Shown here in pieces: positions 1 to 10,014 of a stretch of 64,000 nucleotides of DNA (the stretch's first letter is position 1; each line of letters begins with the position of its first letter). The stretch lies in assembly GCA_007130885.1 (NCBI GenBank), contig SLRQ01000013.1, forward strand, positions 11,004 through 75,003, written 5' to 3'. The notes beneath the pieces are model-generated. The model searched no databases and was not told where the DNA came from. It saw nothing but the letters and a program-made list of their open reading frames with translations. A program made the position numbers and the translations under genes. This DNA is from Deltaproteobacteria bacterium. GTDB lineage: Bacteria; Myxococcota; Myxococcia; SLRQ01.

Positions 1-2
1 CG

Positions 3-770
3 AGAGCCGGCGAGTCAGGTGACGTTACCTTGGACGGTGAGCTCTCTCGACTGGTTTTTGTGTTGGGTAAGCTTCGTGAGGCCTGCGCAAGCGAAGGCAG
101 GCCTCCTTCCTCGGTCATGGCTCCCGGCGCCGCAAGACAGGCATGGGATAGTGCTTTGCAAGAGATCGAGAAGCAGCTTTCCTTTATGGATGACGGCGAC
201 TCGCTACCTTGCTTGCGAGAGCTTCGCGTGAGTCTGGTGACTCAAGTGGAGCTGGACCGCGCGGTTTGGCGTCTGCCGGCGGGCCTTACCGAGCGGCTGC
301 GGCTGCTTCTTGCCGATCTGGAGCGGCGGCTGGACTCCGCCATGGAGCGCGGCGGCGATCCCGAGCCCGCGAAGCTGATTTTCGCTTGGCCCGTCCACCC
401 GGTTTGGGTGACCTCGAGCTTCGGATGGCGGCAGGATCCCATTGACGGCCGGCGACGCTTTCATCAGGGCGTGGATCTGGTCGCGGCCCACGGCCAGCTA
501 GTAGCCGCCTCCGGCGAGGGGGTCGTCACTTGGGCCGGCCGCCGGGCCGGCCATGGAAAGCACATCGAGATTCTACACCCTGGAGGATGGCGCACCCGTT
601 ACAGCCACCTTTCCATGCTGCTGGTTCGCCGGTGGGACCGCTTGAGCCTAGGTGATCCGGTGGGGCTGGCCGGCTCCACCGGCCGAGCCACCGGCCCGCA
701 CCTCCACTTCGAGATTTGGCTGAAAGGAACCGTTCTAAACCCGAAGGATGTTCTGGGCGAGCCGCCGTAA
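3..770 (+). CDS. M23 family metallopeptidase, probably 5'-truncated by the window edge
   Basis: Motifs 'VTSSFGWRQDPIDGRRRFHQGVD' (HxxxD), 'YSHL' and 'GSTGRATGPHLHFEI' (HxH). The frame is open from position 3 with no upstream stop. Confidence 0.9.
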   Translation, partial: RAGESGDVTLDGELSRLVFVLGKLREACASEGRPPSSVMAPGAARQAWDSALQEIEKQLSFMDDGDSLPCLRELRVSLVTQVELDRAVWRLPAGLTERLRLLLADLERRLDSAMERGGDPEPAKLIFAWPVHPVWVTSSFGWRQDPIDGRRRFHQGVDLVAAHGQLVAASGEGVVTWAGRRAGHGKHIEILHPGGWRTRYSHLSMLLVRRWDRLSLGDPVGLAGSTGRATGPHLHFEIWLKGTVLNPKDVLGEPP

Positions 771-921
771 TGATTGACGAGCCTGGTGTCGCCCCTGAAT
801 TGTCGGGTCGATTCGCCGGCCCCTTGACCGCTTTACCGCGCTCGTGCTCGCGCACGAAAAAACGACCTTGCTCCTTCTGTCCGCGACTCCCCGGGCGATT
901 TGTGCCGGTGAGCGCCGTGGC

Positions 922-1872
922 TCAGCTCTCCTCCAGATAGCGCTCGGCGTCCAGGGCGGCGGCGCAGCCCGTTCCCGCCGCTGTGATGGCCTGGCGGTAT
1001 CTGGCGTCCGCGGCGTCGCCGGCCGCGAAGACCCCGGGGACACTGGTGTAAGTGGTGCCCGGTTCGGCCAGCTTCACATAGCCCTTCTCGGTTAGAGCTA
1101 GCTGGCGCTTGAAAACGTCGGTGCTCGGCTCGTGGCCGATGGCCATGAAGACGCCATTGCATGGAAGGTCATTGATTTCACCTGTCTTCACATTCTCTAG
1201 GCGTACGCCCTCTACACCCGTGCTCTCCTCGCCGATGATGTCGAGGACCACGCTGTTCCATACCATTTCTATTTTTTGGTTCTTCTCGGCGCGTTCGCGC
1301 ATGATCCTCGATGCGCGAAGCGTGTCGCGGCGATGAATTACCATGACCTTGCTGGCGAACTTCGTGAGGAACAGGGCCTCCTCGATGGCGGAGTCTCCGC
1401 CACCGACCACCGCCACCGGCACGTCCCTGAAGAAGAAGCCGTCGCAGGTGGCGCAGGCCGATACGCCCCGGCCCATCAATCTTTGCTCCGCGGGAAGTCC
1501 GAGCAGCCGGGCTCGCGCGCCCGTGGCGATGATGATCGCGTCCGCCTTGATGCTGGAACCGTCATCCAGGGTCAGCTCGCGCGGCCTTTCGGACAGATTA
1601 GCGGCCTTCACCGAGCTTCGGATGATTCGCGTCCCGAACCTTCTTGCTTGCTCCAGGCATCGTTCCATGAGCTCGGTACCCTGAATGCCTTCCGGGAAGC
1701 CGGGGAAGTTCTCGACTTCCGTGGTGATGGTGAGCTGTCCTCCAGGTTGCAGGCCCTCGATCAAGACCGGCTCGAGGCCGGCGCGGGCGGCGTAAATCGC
1801 CGCGGTGCAGCCCGCCGGTCCGGATCCGATGATGGCCAGCTTGCACTCGGTGCTTTCGTTTTTCGTCGACAT
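922..1872 (-). CDS. trxB: Thioredoxin-disulfide reductase
   Basis: GSGPAG FAD motif, GGQLTITTEVENFPG, redox-active CATC, GGGDSA NADPH motif, C-terminal RQAITAAG. Confidence 0.97.
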   Translation of the reverse strand: MSTKNESTECKLAIIGSGPAGCTAAIYAARAGLEPVLIEGLQPGGQLTITTEVENFPGFPEGIQGTELMERCLEQARRFGTRIIRSSVKAANLSERPRELTLDDGSSIKADAIIIATGARARLLGLPAEQRLMGRGVSACATCDGFFFRDVPVAVVGGGDSAIEEALFLTKFASKVMVIHRRDTLRASRIMRERAEKNQKIEMVWNSVVLDIIGEESTGVEGVRLENVKTGEINDLPCNGVFMAIGHEPSTDVFKRQLALTEKGYVKLAEPGTTYTSVPGVFAAGDAADARYRQAITAAGTGCAAALDAERYLEES

Positions 1873-2028
1873 GGTTTCCTTCCTCCTGTTGCTACCGGCC
1901 TTACCGCCAAATGGGGGCTGGTGCCAAGCACCCGCGGAGGTCCGCTTTTCATTCGGGGGGCGGGATTCCGGACCTTCGTGTTCGGTCCAGTGGCACGTAA
2001 AGGCTCGTTGATGCTGGCGAAGCCGCTA

Positions 2029-2044
2029 AGGCACGGTCGATGCA
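2029..2044 (+). promoter_or_regulatory. Candidate sigma-54 promoter (-24/-12) upstream of radC
   Basis: AGGCACGGTCGATGCA has GG and GC at the canonical TGGCACG-N4-TTGC spacing, about 70 bp before the radC start. Motif match only. Confidence 0.35.
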
Positions 2045-2115
2045 ACAGGGCCCTTCCCTCACTACCCGCGGTTTGTGAAGTCCGAGCCTTCATAGTCTTG
2101 ACCGAGGAGCCCAAC

Positions 2116-2823
2116 GTGCCAGCTTCCATCGTTCCAATGCGCCGTCGCTCTGATGCCACCGTCGCTATTCGGCGGGACCCGGGCGGGAGTTCGCCGCCGC
2201 ATGATCCGGGCTCAGCCGATGATCTCGGCCTCTTGGCGTTGCTGCTCGGGGGAGGGGATTCCGGCGCGGAGCTGGCTTGCGCCCTCCTTGAAAGGTTCCG
2301 TGACCTTCACGGCATCGAGCGCGCTTCCGCCTCTGATTTGACGCTGGTCGGGGGCATTGGTCCGGGCAGGGCGGCGGCGCTGCAAGCGGCCATTGCGCTT
2401 GGCAGAAGGGCGGCATGCCGCGAGCGCTCGCGTGGGGACCGCATTCGCTCATCATCCGATGCCCACCGTCGCCTCTCACCCGCGCTTCGTCACCTGGAGC
2501 GCGAGGTGTTCATGGTCTTGCTGCTGGATAACAGGCACCGGGTGTTAAGGGAGGTGCGAGTCGCCGAGGGCGGGCTCACCGCCTGCGCGGTTCAGCCGCG
2601 CGATGTTCTCCAGCCCGCCGTGCGGGAAGGCGCCGCCGCGGTGATCTTCGTCCACAACCATCCGAGCGGTGACCCCACCCCCTCCAACGAGGATCTCGCC
2701 TTGACCAGGCGGCTTTGTGTGGCAAGCGAGGCTCTCGGGATCCGGGCACTGGACCATCTCATCGTGGGTGATGGGCGCTACGTTTCGTTGTCCGACCGCG
2801 GCTTGATGGGGCGGGCCTCGTGA
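2116..2823 (+). CDS. radC: RadC family protein (HhH plus JAB/MPN domain)
   Basis: 'VGGIGPGRA' HhH, 'EREVFMVLLLD', 'HNHPSGDPTPSNED' and 'LDHLIVG'. GTG start at 2116 follows a GAGGAG RBS. The track start at 1276 lies antisense inside trxB. Confidence 0.9.
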   Translation: MPASIVPMRRRSDATVAIRRDPGGSSPPHDPGSADDLGLLALLLGGGDSGAELACALLERFRDLHGIERASASDLTLVGGIGPGRAAALQAAIALGRRAACRERSRGDRIRSSSDAHRRLSPALRHLEREVFMVLLLDNRHRVLREVRVAEGGLTACAVQPRDVLQPAVREGAAAVIFVHNHPSGDPTPSNEDLALTRRLCVASEALGIRALDHLIVGDGRYVSLSDRGLMGRAS

Positions 2824-3173
2824 AGGCTTTTTTGAATGCGCGGGAGAACCTCCGGTTCGCCTTTTTGCTGCTCGTTATCGCGGGAGGCGCCACCTGCGTT
2901 ACGTCGGCCCTTCGGCCGGCGGCGGCTACCAGGACATACGGCGAGACAATCCTTCCGCCCGACGGCTATGTGGATCGCGTCGAGGGCTTGGTGGCCGTAA
3001 TCGTCACTGACGAGGGAGAGGTCGTCGACTGGCCGGCGGGAAGGCTCCGGGAAGGGGACGTGATACGCAACGGGCGCCGTGATTCGGCTGCTACCGCCGC
3101 TCTCGAGGCAAAGGTCGCCAATATGAGGAAGAGGCTCGAAATCGGTGACTGCTGGAAGGATCTGGATCTGTGA
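2820..3173 (+). CDS. DUF3006-like protein with N-terminal hydrophobic segment
   Basis: GTGA overlap with the radC stop. 'GYVDRVEGLVAVIVTDEGEVVDWP..RLREGDVI' resembles the DUF3006 pattern. Confidence 0.6.
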   Translation: MKAFLNARENLRFAFLLLVIAGGATCVTSALRPAAATRTYGETILPPDGYVDRVEGLVAVIVTDEGEVVDWPAGRLREGDVIRNGRRDSAATAALEAKVANMRKRLEIGDCWKDLDL

Positions 3174-3208
3174 GAGGCACCGTTGTTGTGCGAAATGATT
3201 GCGAGCGG

Positions 3209-5203
3209 TCAGTCGTCGAGCTCGGCGAGCATTTGCCGCGCGGTGACGGATGCTTCGTCCTTGGAGAGAGCTTGCTCGAGGTAACGTCTCGCATGGTCGG
3301 GGTCGGCGGCGAGCCCCCGCTCCAGGTGAGCTTCGGCAAGCCCGATGAGAATGGACGGAACCTCCGGATCTCTGCGTCGCGCCTGCACGAAGGAGGCGAT
3401 GGCCTCGCTCGTCTTCCCTCTCTCGAGAAGAACTCGTCCCAGCGCGTAATGCGAAAGGGACTCTTCCCGGCCGTGCTCCACCGCGGTATCCGCGTGAAAC
3501 GCCGCGGCGTGGAGATCGCCGAGCCGCAGCAAAGCCAGGGCAAGCCCGCTGTTTGCGGAGGGCTCGTCGGGCCAATGGTCCAGTATGCGCCTGAACCAGG
3601 TGGCCGCACCCTCGGGCCTGTCGACAGACAGCAGCGTCTCTCCCTTGGCCAAGAGAGACTCGGTAAAATACGGGTTCACTTCGGAGGCCTTGGTCAGATG
3701 CTCCAGCGCCGCGTCGTAGTTGCCGGCGCGGGCCTCCAGTCTCGCAAGGTCGGTGAGGGTCCGGTAGCAATCGGCGTCTTGCTCGAGCGCTTTGGCAAAA
3801 TGGCGCTTTGCGAGGGAAGTGTCGCCTTGCAGTGCGTACCATCTCCCAAGGCCCCAGTCGGTCAATGCGCCTCCTTGCTCATCTTCCGCCGAAACCGAGA
3901 GCTCTCGCGGGTGTCGTTGTTGTCCGGTCTTCAGCCGAGCCAGCGCGAGATAAACTTCGGCCTTGGTTTCTCTTCGCCGATCCAGCGGGTCTTCCTTGGC
4001 GCGGGACAGGGCCTCGATAGCCGTGCGGTAGTCGCCGGCATGAAAAGAACTCACGCCCCTAAGGAGGTAATCCTCGGCGCCAGGCCCATCCAGGGTATCA
4101 AGCGCTTGTATCGACTCTTTATGGCGGCCCCACGCGAGGAGAATCTCGGCCTGGACTCGGCGGGCGCCCTGGTGGTTCGCGTCACGCGCGAGAGCGTCGA
4201 GCACTGCCTCTCGCGCGGCTACCAGGTTCATTTCGTCGAGATGGACCCTTGCGAGCTGTACCGCGGGCTCGGCCGTCTCCTCGTGTATCTCAAGGGCTCC
4301 GAGCAGGCGCTCGATGGCGGACGCCGTATCTCCGGTTTCGTGAAGGATCTTGGCCAACGCCAGCTCGGCTCGAAGGCGCTCATGCTCCGAAAGGTCATTC
4401 CACTTGTATCGTTCCAGCTCGCGAATAGGCTTGAGCGACTTCTCCGGCTCGTAGCCGAGATCGAGGCGGGCAAGAGCGGCCTCTACTCGGGCGCGGCCGT
4501 GGCTGGGGTGTCGCTCTCCTACCTCGACGAAGAGACGAAGCGCTTCCTCGGGTCGGTCCAGCTTCTGAAGCCGGCGAGCAAGCACCATCGTGGCTCGGGT
4601 ATAGCCCGGGCGGATTTTCAAAGCCTCCCGGAGGTGCTGCTCCGCCGCCTCGCCGTCTCCATCTTCCGCGAGATGGAGTGCCGCAATATAATGGAGCGTG
4701 CAGCTGCCCGCGCCTGTTTCTATCTTTTCGAGCACCTGACCGGCGATGTCGGAGCGGTCGGAATCGCTCGCTATGATGTAGCTGGCCAGAACAGCTTCAA
4801 GCGGTGGAGTGCCCTCGAAGGCGGGGCTGGAGAGCAACCCTTCTGCTCGCTCGCGGCGCCGGAAGTCAGGATCGATGGAGTCGTGGAGGATGGCCTCTGC
4901 CTTGGCGGACAAGGCAAGAGCCATCACATGGTCCTCTCGCCAATTCAGAACTCGCTTCAAGTCATTGAGTGCGCCTGTGTAACCGGCGTAGGTGTCACGG
5001 CTCATCTGCTCCCGCGCGGCTTCGATCCGGCTCTGGATTGCTTTCTCACGGTCGCCGATTCCCGCCAGCCACGAGACAGCCAGCACCAGGGCGACGGCGG
5101 CCAGGGTGCCGCAGGCTATCCGGTAAACTCCCGGGCGATTGCTCTGGGTGCCTGTGGAAGGCTCGATAATTTCTCGCTTTTCCTGTTGTGTCTCGGCGGG
5201 CAT
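3209..5203 (-). CDS. Membrane-anchored tetratricopeptide repeat protein
   Basis: N-terminal TM helix followed by many TPR-like helical repeats (e.g. 'SHYALGRVLLERGKTSEAIASFVQARRRDP'). Start may be ATG 5203 or TTG 5239. Confidence 0.85.
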   Translation of the reverse strand: MPAETQQEKREIIEPSTGTQSNRPGVYRIACGTLAAVALVLAVSWLAGIGDREKAIQSRIEAAREQMSRDTYAGYTGALNDLKRVLNWREDHVMALALSAKAEAILHDSIDPDFRRRERAEGLLSSPAFEGTPPLEAVLASYIIASDSDRSDIAGQVLEKIETGAGSCTLHYIAALHLAEDGDGEAAEQHLREALKIRPGYTRATMVLARRLQKLDRPEEALRLFVEVGERHPSHGRARVEAALARLDLGYEPEKSLKPIRELERYKWNDLSEHERLRAELALAKILHETGDTASAIERLLGALEIHEETAEPAVQLARVHLDEMNLVAAREAVLDALARDANHQGARRVQAEILLAWGRHKESIQALDTLDGPGAEDYLLRGVSSFHAGDYRTAIEALSRAKEDPLDRRRETKAEVYLALARLKTGQQRHPRELSVSAEDEQGGALTDWGLGRWYALQGDTSLAKRHFAKALEQDADCYRTLTDLARLEARAGNYDAALEHLTKASEVNPYFTESLLAKGETLLSVDRPEGAATWFRRILDHWPDEPSANSGLALALLRLGDLHAAAFHADTAVEHGREESLSHYALGRVLLERGKTSEAIASFVQARRRDPEVPSILIGLAEAHLERGLAADPDHARRYLEQALSKDEASVTARQMLAELDD

Positions 5204-5471
5204 ACGGACAACGATCGATCCTGCGCGCCACGAAAGCAAGGCGCTGGGTGGAATGTTCTGCTAAACGTCCGTCCGTGGTCGGTCACGGATCGCGAGCCTT
5301 TGATTTTTTGGGGAGGCCGCCGAGGGTGCTTTGGGTGACGGTTCTAGCCGACTTTCATTTATGGTTTTCCTGAGCGACAGTGCGAACACTTGAATCCCCC
5401 GTTTTCGTTCGGCCCGCGGCGGGGGTATACGAGTAGGCCGGAGCCGGGCTGTAGCCCGGGAGAGGACAGTC

Positions 5472-5912
5472 ATGGCGGCGAGCGTGAACAAGGCAATAGT
5501 AGTCGGAAACCTCGGCCGGGACCCGGAGGTGAGGTACACCCAGTCCGGGCAGGCGGTGTGCAACTTCAGCGTTGCAACCAATGAACGATGGAGGGACAAG
5601 AGCGGACAGGATCAGGAGCAAACGGAGTGGCACCGTATCGTCACCTGGGGAAAGCTTGCCGAGCTTTGTGGCGAGTATCTTGCGAAGGGACGCACTGTTT
5701 ACGTTGAGGGACGGTTGCAGACTCGGGAATGGACCGATCGCCAAGGCGAGAAGCGGTTCACGACCGAGATAAACGCCCGCGAGGTCCAGTTCCTAGATCG
5801 CGGCGGCCGCTCGGCCGGCGGTGACCGGGGAGGACCTCCTCCGCCCGAAGGCAACTTCGGTCCGCCTCCGTCGGGTGGGGAGCCCGGAGACGACGAAGAC
5901 GTACCGTTCTAG
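5472..5912 (+). CDS. ssb: Single-stranded DNA-binding protein
   Basis: '[20 protein letters not shown]', 'TEWHRIV', '[10 protein letters not shown]', Gly/Pro linker and acidic 'DDEDVPF' tail. AGGA RBS. Confidence 0.98.
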   Translation: MAASVNKAIVVGNLGRDPEVRYTQSGQAVCNFSVATNERWRDKSGQDQEQTEWHRIVTWGKLAELCGEYLAKGRTVYVEGRLQTREWTDRQGEKRFTTEINAREVQFLDRGGRSAGGDRGGPPPPEGNFGPPPSGGEPGDDEDVPF

Positions 5913-6137
5913 CGCTGAGCCTCCATTTTGTTCTTGCGGGCTAATTCGGCCCCTTCTCGTGAGTCTGCACGAAACCATTGCATTTTCGGGGGGAGAAGGC
6001 TCTCCCCCCAACAGAGGGCCGTAAGGCCCGCTTGCTAGACGGGGCAGCTTGCCGCCTGGTCGCACCCCGGATAATATCCCCCGCGCTGTGACCCGATGTC
6101 CGGTTAACTGGATGACCCAAGTTATTGAACCAATTAC

Positions 6138-6377
6138 ATGGAGCCTGCCAAGAAAGAGCCTGCTCGGGCCGGCGGAGTCTTTGATGAAGAGGCGAAGTGT
6201 GTCGCCCTCTCGTCCGAGATGGTAGCGGCATTGAGCGCTGTTCTCGTAGAGATGAGCCCGCCGGTGGCTCCGACCCGGCCGCTAAGCTCTGCGGCGGACT
6301 CTCGAGCCGGCTGGAAGCTTGCGGGACGGCTCGAAGGGATTGAGAGCACGCTGGGCACCGTTGCAGGCGAGGGATAA
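6138..6377 (+). CDS. Small accessory subunit of a biotin-dependent carboxyltransferase complex (epsilon/delta-like)
   Basis: 'VAALSAVL...WKLAGR' pattern resembles carboxylase epsilon and decarboxylase delta/gamma C-termini. Ends 3 bp before the biotin carrier gene. Confidence 0.5.
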   Translation: MEPAKKEPARAGGVFDEEAKCVALSSEMVAALSAVLVEMSPPVAPTRPLSSAADSRAGWKLAGRLEGIESTLGTVAGEG

Positions 6378-6380
6378 AGA

Positions 6381-6875
6381 ATGGATGGAAAGTACAATAT
6401 CGTCGTTGACGGCGAGGACGTGGAGGTCATCGTCAGGCGGGCGGGCGATGATGGAGGCGAACGGAGGTTTCTGGTCACCGTGGGAGGCCGTGAGCACGAG
6501 GTGCGGGTGAAGAAAGAAGCAGCGCCGCGGACAACGAACGCAGCGCCCGGCCTGGACCTTGGAAGCGTCTCGATGCCGGTGCCGCGGCGGGAGGAGCGCT
6601 CGGCGCCGAAGCCTTCCGGTCCCTCGGCTCCGGCGAGCGTGGACACCTCGAGCCAGTATGTTGTTACAGCCCCGATGACAGGAAAGATAGTTTCCGCTCA
6701 GGTGGAGGCCGGCCAGCAGGTCAATGAGGGCGATCTGCTCCTGGTGCTAGAGGCCATGAAGATGGAGAACTCCATTTTGGCCACCCAAGCAGGCGTCGTG
6801 CAGAGGGTGGCCGTCAAGGCGGGTGATGGCGTGCGCAAGGGTGACGAGCTGTGCATTCTCGGCCAGGTCGGCTAA
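6381..6875 (+). CDS. Biotin carboxyl carrier protein (1.3S-like)
   Basis: Biotinylation motif 'LEAMKMEN', 'APMTGKI', Pro/Ala-rich linker. Confidence 0.95.
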   Translation: MDGKYNIVVDGEDVEVIVRRAGDDGGERRFLVTVGGREHEVRVKKEAAPRTTNAAPGLDLGSVSMPVPRREERSAPKPSGPSAPASVDTSSQYVVTAPMTGKIVSAQVEAGQQVNEGDLLLVLEAMKMENSILATQAGVVQRVAVKAGDGVRKGDELCILGQVG

Positions 6876-6961
6876 GACGCGACGTTTCCAACAACCGGCG
6901 GCCCCCGCACTGGCCCACTGCATGCGGTGTGGGCCGCCCATGAGGCGAAGAGGAAAACGAC

Positions 6962-9940
6962 ATGGGTGATAGGCAACGGGTGGGCATTACTGACACCATT
7001 TTCAGGGATGCGCATCAGTCGCTGATTGCGACGAGAATGAGTGTGGACGATATGCTGCCCATAGCGCCGGCTCTGGACGAGGTCGGCTATCACTCGCTCG
7101 AGGTGTGGGGCGGCGCGACCTTCGATGCTTGCATCCGTTTCCTAGACGAGGATCCTTGGGAGCGTCTCCGACGCATCAAGGAGGCCATACCCAACACTCC
7201 TCTGCAGATGCTCATTCGGGGCCAAAACATCGTGGGGTATCGGCATTATCCCGACGATGTCGTGATCGAGTTCGTGCGAGCCGCGCACCGCAACGGTGTG
7301 GGGGTGTTCAGGGTATTCGATGCCTTGAACGACGTGCGAAACATGAAGGTGGCCATGCAGGCCGCAAAGGATGTCGGCGCTCACGTGCAGGGGACCATCT
7401 CGTACACGATAAGCCCTGTTCATACGATCGAGTTATTCGCGGAGACGGCCGCCGAGCTCGGCGAGCTGGGGGCCGACTCGATCTGCATCAAGGACATGTC
7501 CGGCATTCTTACTCCTCATGCCGCGCAAGAGCTGACCAAGGCCATCAAGCGCAAGGTGGGGCTGCCGCTATCGCTTCACAGTCATTCGACCAGCGGCATG
7601 GCCACGGCATCCTACTTCGCGGCTTGCGAGGCGGGAGCCGACCTGCTCGACACCGCTTTGTCTCCTTTTTCGGGTGGCACCTCTCAGCCGCCCACGGAAA
7701 CCATGGTCGCATCTCTGCGGGGGACGCCTTTCGACACCGGCTTGGATTTGGAGCTGCTAGTCGATATCTCCGAGCGATTCAAGGCTGTTCGAGAGAAGTA
7801 CGAGGGTCTCATAAGTCCCCTTTCGGAGCGTGTTTCGACCCAGGTCTTGCTTCACCAGATCCCGGGTGGCATGTACTCCAACCTGCTCTCTCAGCTCGAG
7901 GAGCAGGGCTCGGGCGACAAGATCCACGAGGTGCTGGAGGAGGTCCCGAGGGTGCGGCGTGAACTCGGCTATCCTCCGCTGGTGACTCCCACCAGCCAGA
8001 TCGTGGGCACGCAGGCGGCGTTCAACGTCATGCTCGGTGAACGCTATAAGGCCATCTCCGAAGAGGTACGGATGTACATGCGAGGCCTTTACGGGCGGCC
8101 GCCGGCACCGGTGGATCCGGAGATTCAGAAGCTCGCCATAGGAGACAAGGAGCAGGTCACCGTAAGACCGGCCGATCTTCTGGAACCGGAGATGGAAAAA
8201 GCGCGAGAGGAGATAGGTGAGCTGGCCGAATGCGACGAGGATGTTTTGACCTACATTCTCTTTCCGCAAGTCGCGCGCAAGTTCCTGGAGCGCCGGAAGT
8301 CTGGTGATTTGAAGCCGCCGATGCCGCCGCCAAAGAAGGAAATCAAGAGCGAGCCGGAGCCGGACGACGAGGCAGCCGAGGAATACGCGAACGGTCATGA
8401 GGCCGCCATGCGCCGCCTAGCCAAGATGGAGTCGGAGGCCTTGCTCGGTGGGGGTCAAAAGGCAATCGACAAGCAGCATGCCGCCGGCAAGCTTACGGCG
8501 AGGGAGAGAGTGGAGCTGCTTCTCGACCCAGGCTCTCTCGTTGAGATAGACAGGTTCAGTCGCCATCGCTGTCATGACTTCGGGATGGAGAAGAAGAGGG
8601 TTCTGGGCGACGGTGTGCTGACCGGCCATGGCACCATTGGGGGGCGGCAGGTCTTCGTTTTCGCGCATGACTTCACGGCGTTCGGGGGCGCGCTCGGAGA
8701 GGTGTTCGCCCGCAAGGTATGCAAGCTGATGGACCTTGCAATGAAGGTCGGAGCGCCGGTGATCGGGTTGAACGACAGCGGAGGGGCCCGAATTCAGGAG
8801 GGCGTGGCCAGCCTCGCCGGCTACGGGGACATTTTCCATCGCAATGTCACGGCTTCCGGTGTGATTCCGCAGATATCCGCTATCGCCGGCCCATGTGCCG
8901 GGGGAGCGGTCTACTCTCCGGCCATGACGGATTTCATCATCATGGTCGAGTCGACGAGCCACATGTTCATCACCGGACCCAACGTCATCAAGGCGGCCAT
9001 CGGTGAGGAGGTGACCTTCGAGGAGCTGGGCGGAGCGGTTACCCACAACAGCGTCAGCGGAGTAGCCCACTTCGTTACCAAGACAGAGCGAGACGCCATC
9101 ACCTTGATGAGATACCTGCTCTCGTTCCTGCCGCTGAACAACATGGAGGATCCGCCGAGGGAGGCGCCCCGGGATGGCTTACTCGAGTCCGGTGAGAGTC
9201 TTCTCGAGCTGCTGCCCGAGGATTCAAACCAGCCATACGACATGCTGGAGATCATTCGGCGAGTCGTCGACGGTGGCGAGATCCTCGAGGTCTCCAGGCT
9301 ATACGCTCCGAACATCGTCGTAGGATTCGCTCGGCTGGATGGGCATACCGTCGGGGTAGTGGCCAATCAGCCGGCGCATTTAGCGGGCTGCCTGGACATC
9401 GACTCCTCGCGTAAGGCCTCGCGTTTCGTGCGTTTCTGCGACGCCTTCAACATCCCGCTGGTTACCTTTGTCGACGTACCCGGCTTCCTGCCCGGCACCG
9501 ACCAGGAGCATGGCGGCATCATAACGCACGGTTCGAAACTTCTCTACGCGTTCTGCGAGGCCACCGTGCCCAAGATTACCGTCATCACCCGAAAGGCTTA
9601 TGGAGGGGCTTACGACGTAATGTGCTCCAAGCATTCCGGTGGTGACGTCAATCTTGCTTGGCCCAACGCCGAGCTGGCGGTCATGGGCGCCGGCGGGGCC
9701 ATAAGCATCATTGCTCGCAAACAGCTCAAGGCGGCGAAGGATCCCGAGGCGAAGCACGCGGAGCTGTCGCAAGAGTACAAGCAGAAGTTCTCCAACCCCT
9801 ACATCGCGGCGGACCTGGGCTACATAGATGATGTGATCCATCCGAACGAGACGAGGAACAATCTCATTAGGGCGCTGGAGATGCTCATGTCCAAACGCGA
9901 GCAGCGGCCGAGAAGAAAGCACGGCAACATACCGCTGTAG
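6962..9940 (+). CDS. Fusion protein: pyruvate/oxaloacetate carboxyltransferase (5S/OadA/PycB-like) plus acyl-CoA carboxyltransferase (12S/PccB-like)
   Basis: N-half has '[12 protein letters not shown]', 'WGGATFD', 'CIKDMSG', 'HSH' and '[10 protein letters not shown]'. A Pro/Glu/Lys linker follows. C-half has 'GKLTARER', '[10 protein letters not shown]', '[12 protein letters not shown]', 'DVPGFLPG' and 'RKHGNIPL'. No internal stop. Confidence 0.93.
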   Translation: MGDRQRVGITDTIFRDAHQSLIATRMSVDDMLPIAPALDEVGYHSLEVWGGATFDACIRFLDEDPWERLRRIKEAIPNTPLQMLIRGQNIVGYRHYPDDVVIEFVRAAHRNGVGVFRVFDALNDVRNMKVAMQAAKDVGAHVQGTISYTISPVHTIELFAETAAELGELGADSICIKDMSGILTPHAAQELTKAIKRKVGLPLSLHSHSTSGMATASYFAACEAGADLLDTALSPFSGGTSQPPTETMVASLRGTPFDTGLDLELLVDISERFKAVREKYEGLISPLSERVSTQVLLHQIPGGMYSNLLSQLEEQGSGDKIHEVLEEVPRVRRELGYPPLVTPTSQIVGTQAAFNVMLGERYKAISEEVRMYMRGLYGRPPAPVDPEIQKLAIGDKEQVTVRPADLLEPEMEKAREEIGELAECDEDVLTYILFPQVARKFLERRKSGDLKPPMPPPKKEIKSEPEPDDEAAEEYANGHEAAMRRLAKMESEALLGGGQKAIDKQHAAGKLTARERVELLLDPGSLVEIDRFSRHRCHDFGMEKKRVLGDGVLTGHGTIGGRQVFVFAHDFTAFGGALGEVFARKVCKLMDLAMKVGAPVIGLNDSGGARIQEGVASLAGYGDIFHRNVTASGVIPQISAIAGPCAGGAVYSPAMTDFIIMVESTSHMFITGPNVIKAAIGEEVTFEELGGAVTHNSVSGVAHFVTKTERDAITLMRYLLSFLPLNNMEDPPREAPRDGLLESGESLLELLPEDSNQPYDMLEIIRRVVDGGEILEVSRLYAPNIVVGFARLDGHTVGVVANQPAHLAGCLDIDSSRKASRFVRFCDAFNIPLVTFVDVPGFLPGTDQEHGGIITHGSKLLYAFCEATVPKITVITRKAYGGAYDVMCSKHSGGDVNLAWPNAELAVMGAGGAISIIARKQLKAAKDPEAKHAELSQEYKQKFSNPYIAADLGYIDDVIHPNETRNNLIRALEMLMSKREQRPRRKHGNIPL

Positions 9941-10014
9941 AAGCCGATATCAGGCATAGCACACCTAAAGCCGGCTCGGTGACATCAATACCGGGCCTTG
10001 ACGGGAGGGTGATC

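Noticed and set aside
843..863. Hairpin followed by an A-run between the convergent M23 and trxB genes
   Set aside because: Short stem, and the A/T tract is on the wrong side for a terminator on either strand.
1991..2005. TGGCACG as a second sigma-54 site
   Set aside because: The GC dinucleotide is one base off the required spacing.
1276..2115. N-terminal 280 aa of the 515-aa ORF (apparent long RadC fusion)
   Set aside because: Overlaps trxB on the opposite strand. A good RBS plus GTG at 2116 gives a normal-length RadC.
3170..5338. 722-aa plus-strand ORF
   Set aside because: Antisense shadow of the TPR gene. No motifs; long antisense frames are expected in high-GC DNA.
6060..6095. CCCCGCGCTGTGA resembling part of a cobalamin riboswitch upstream of a B12-enzyme operon
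   Set aside because: The GGGAA and GGTG..AA.TCC elements and a downstream B12 box are not evident. An Rfam scan would settle it.
6138..9940. Na+-pumping oxaloacetate/methylmalonyl-CoA decarboxylase, or ATP-dependent carboxylase
   Set aside because: No membrane beta subunit, no TM anchor on the small protein and no biotin carboxylase in the cluster. Not excluded if these are encoded elsewhere.
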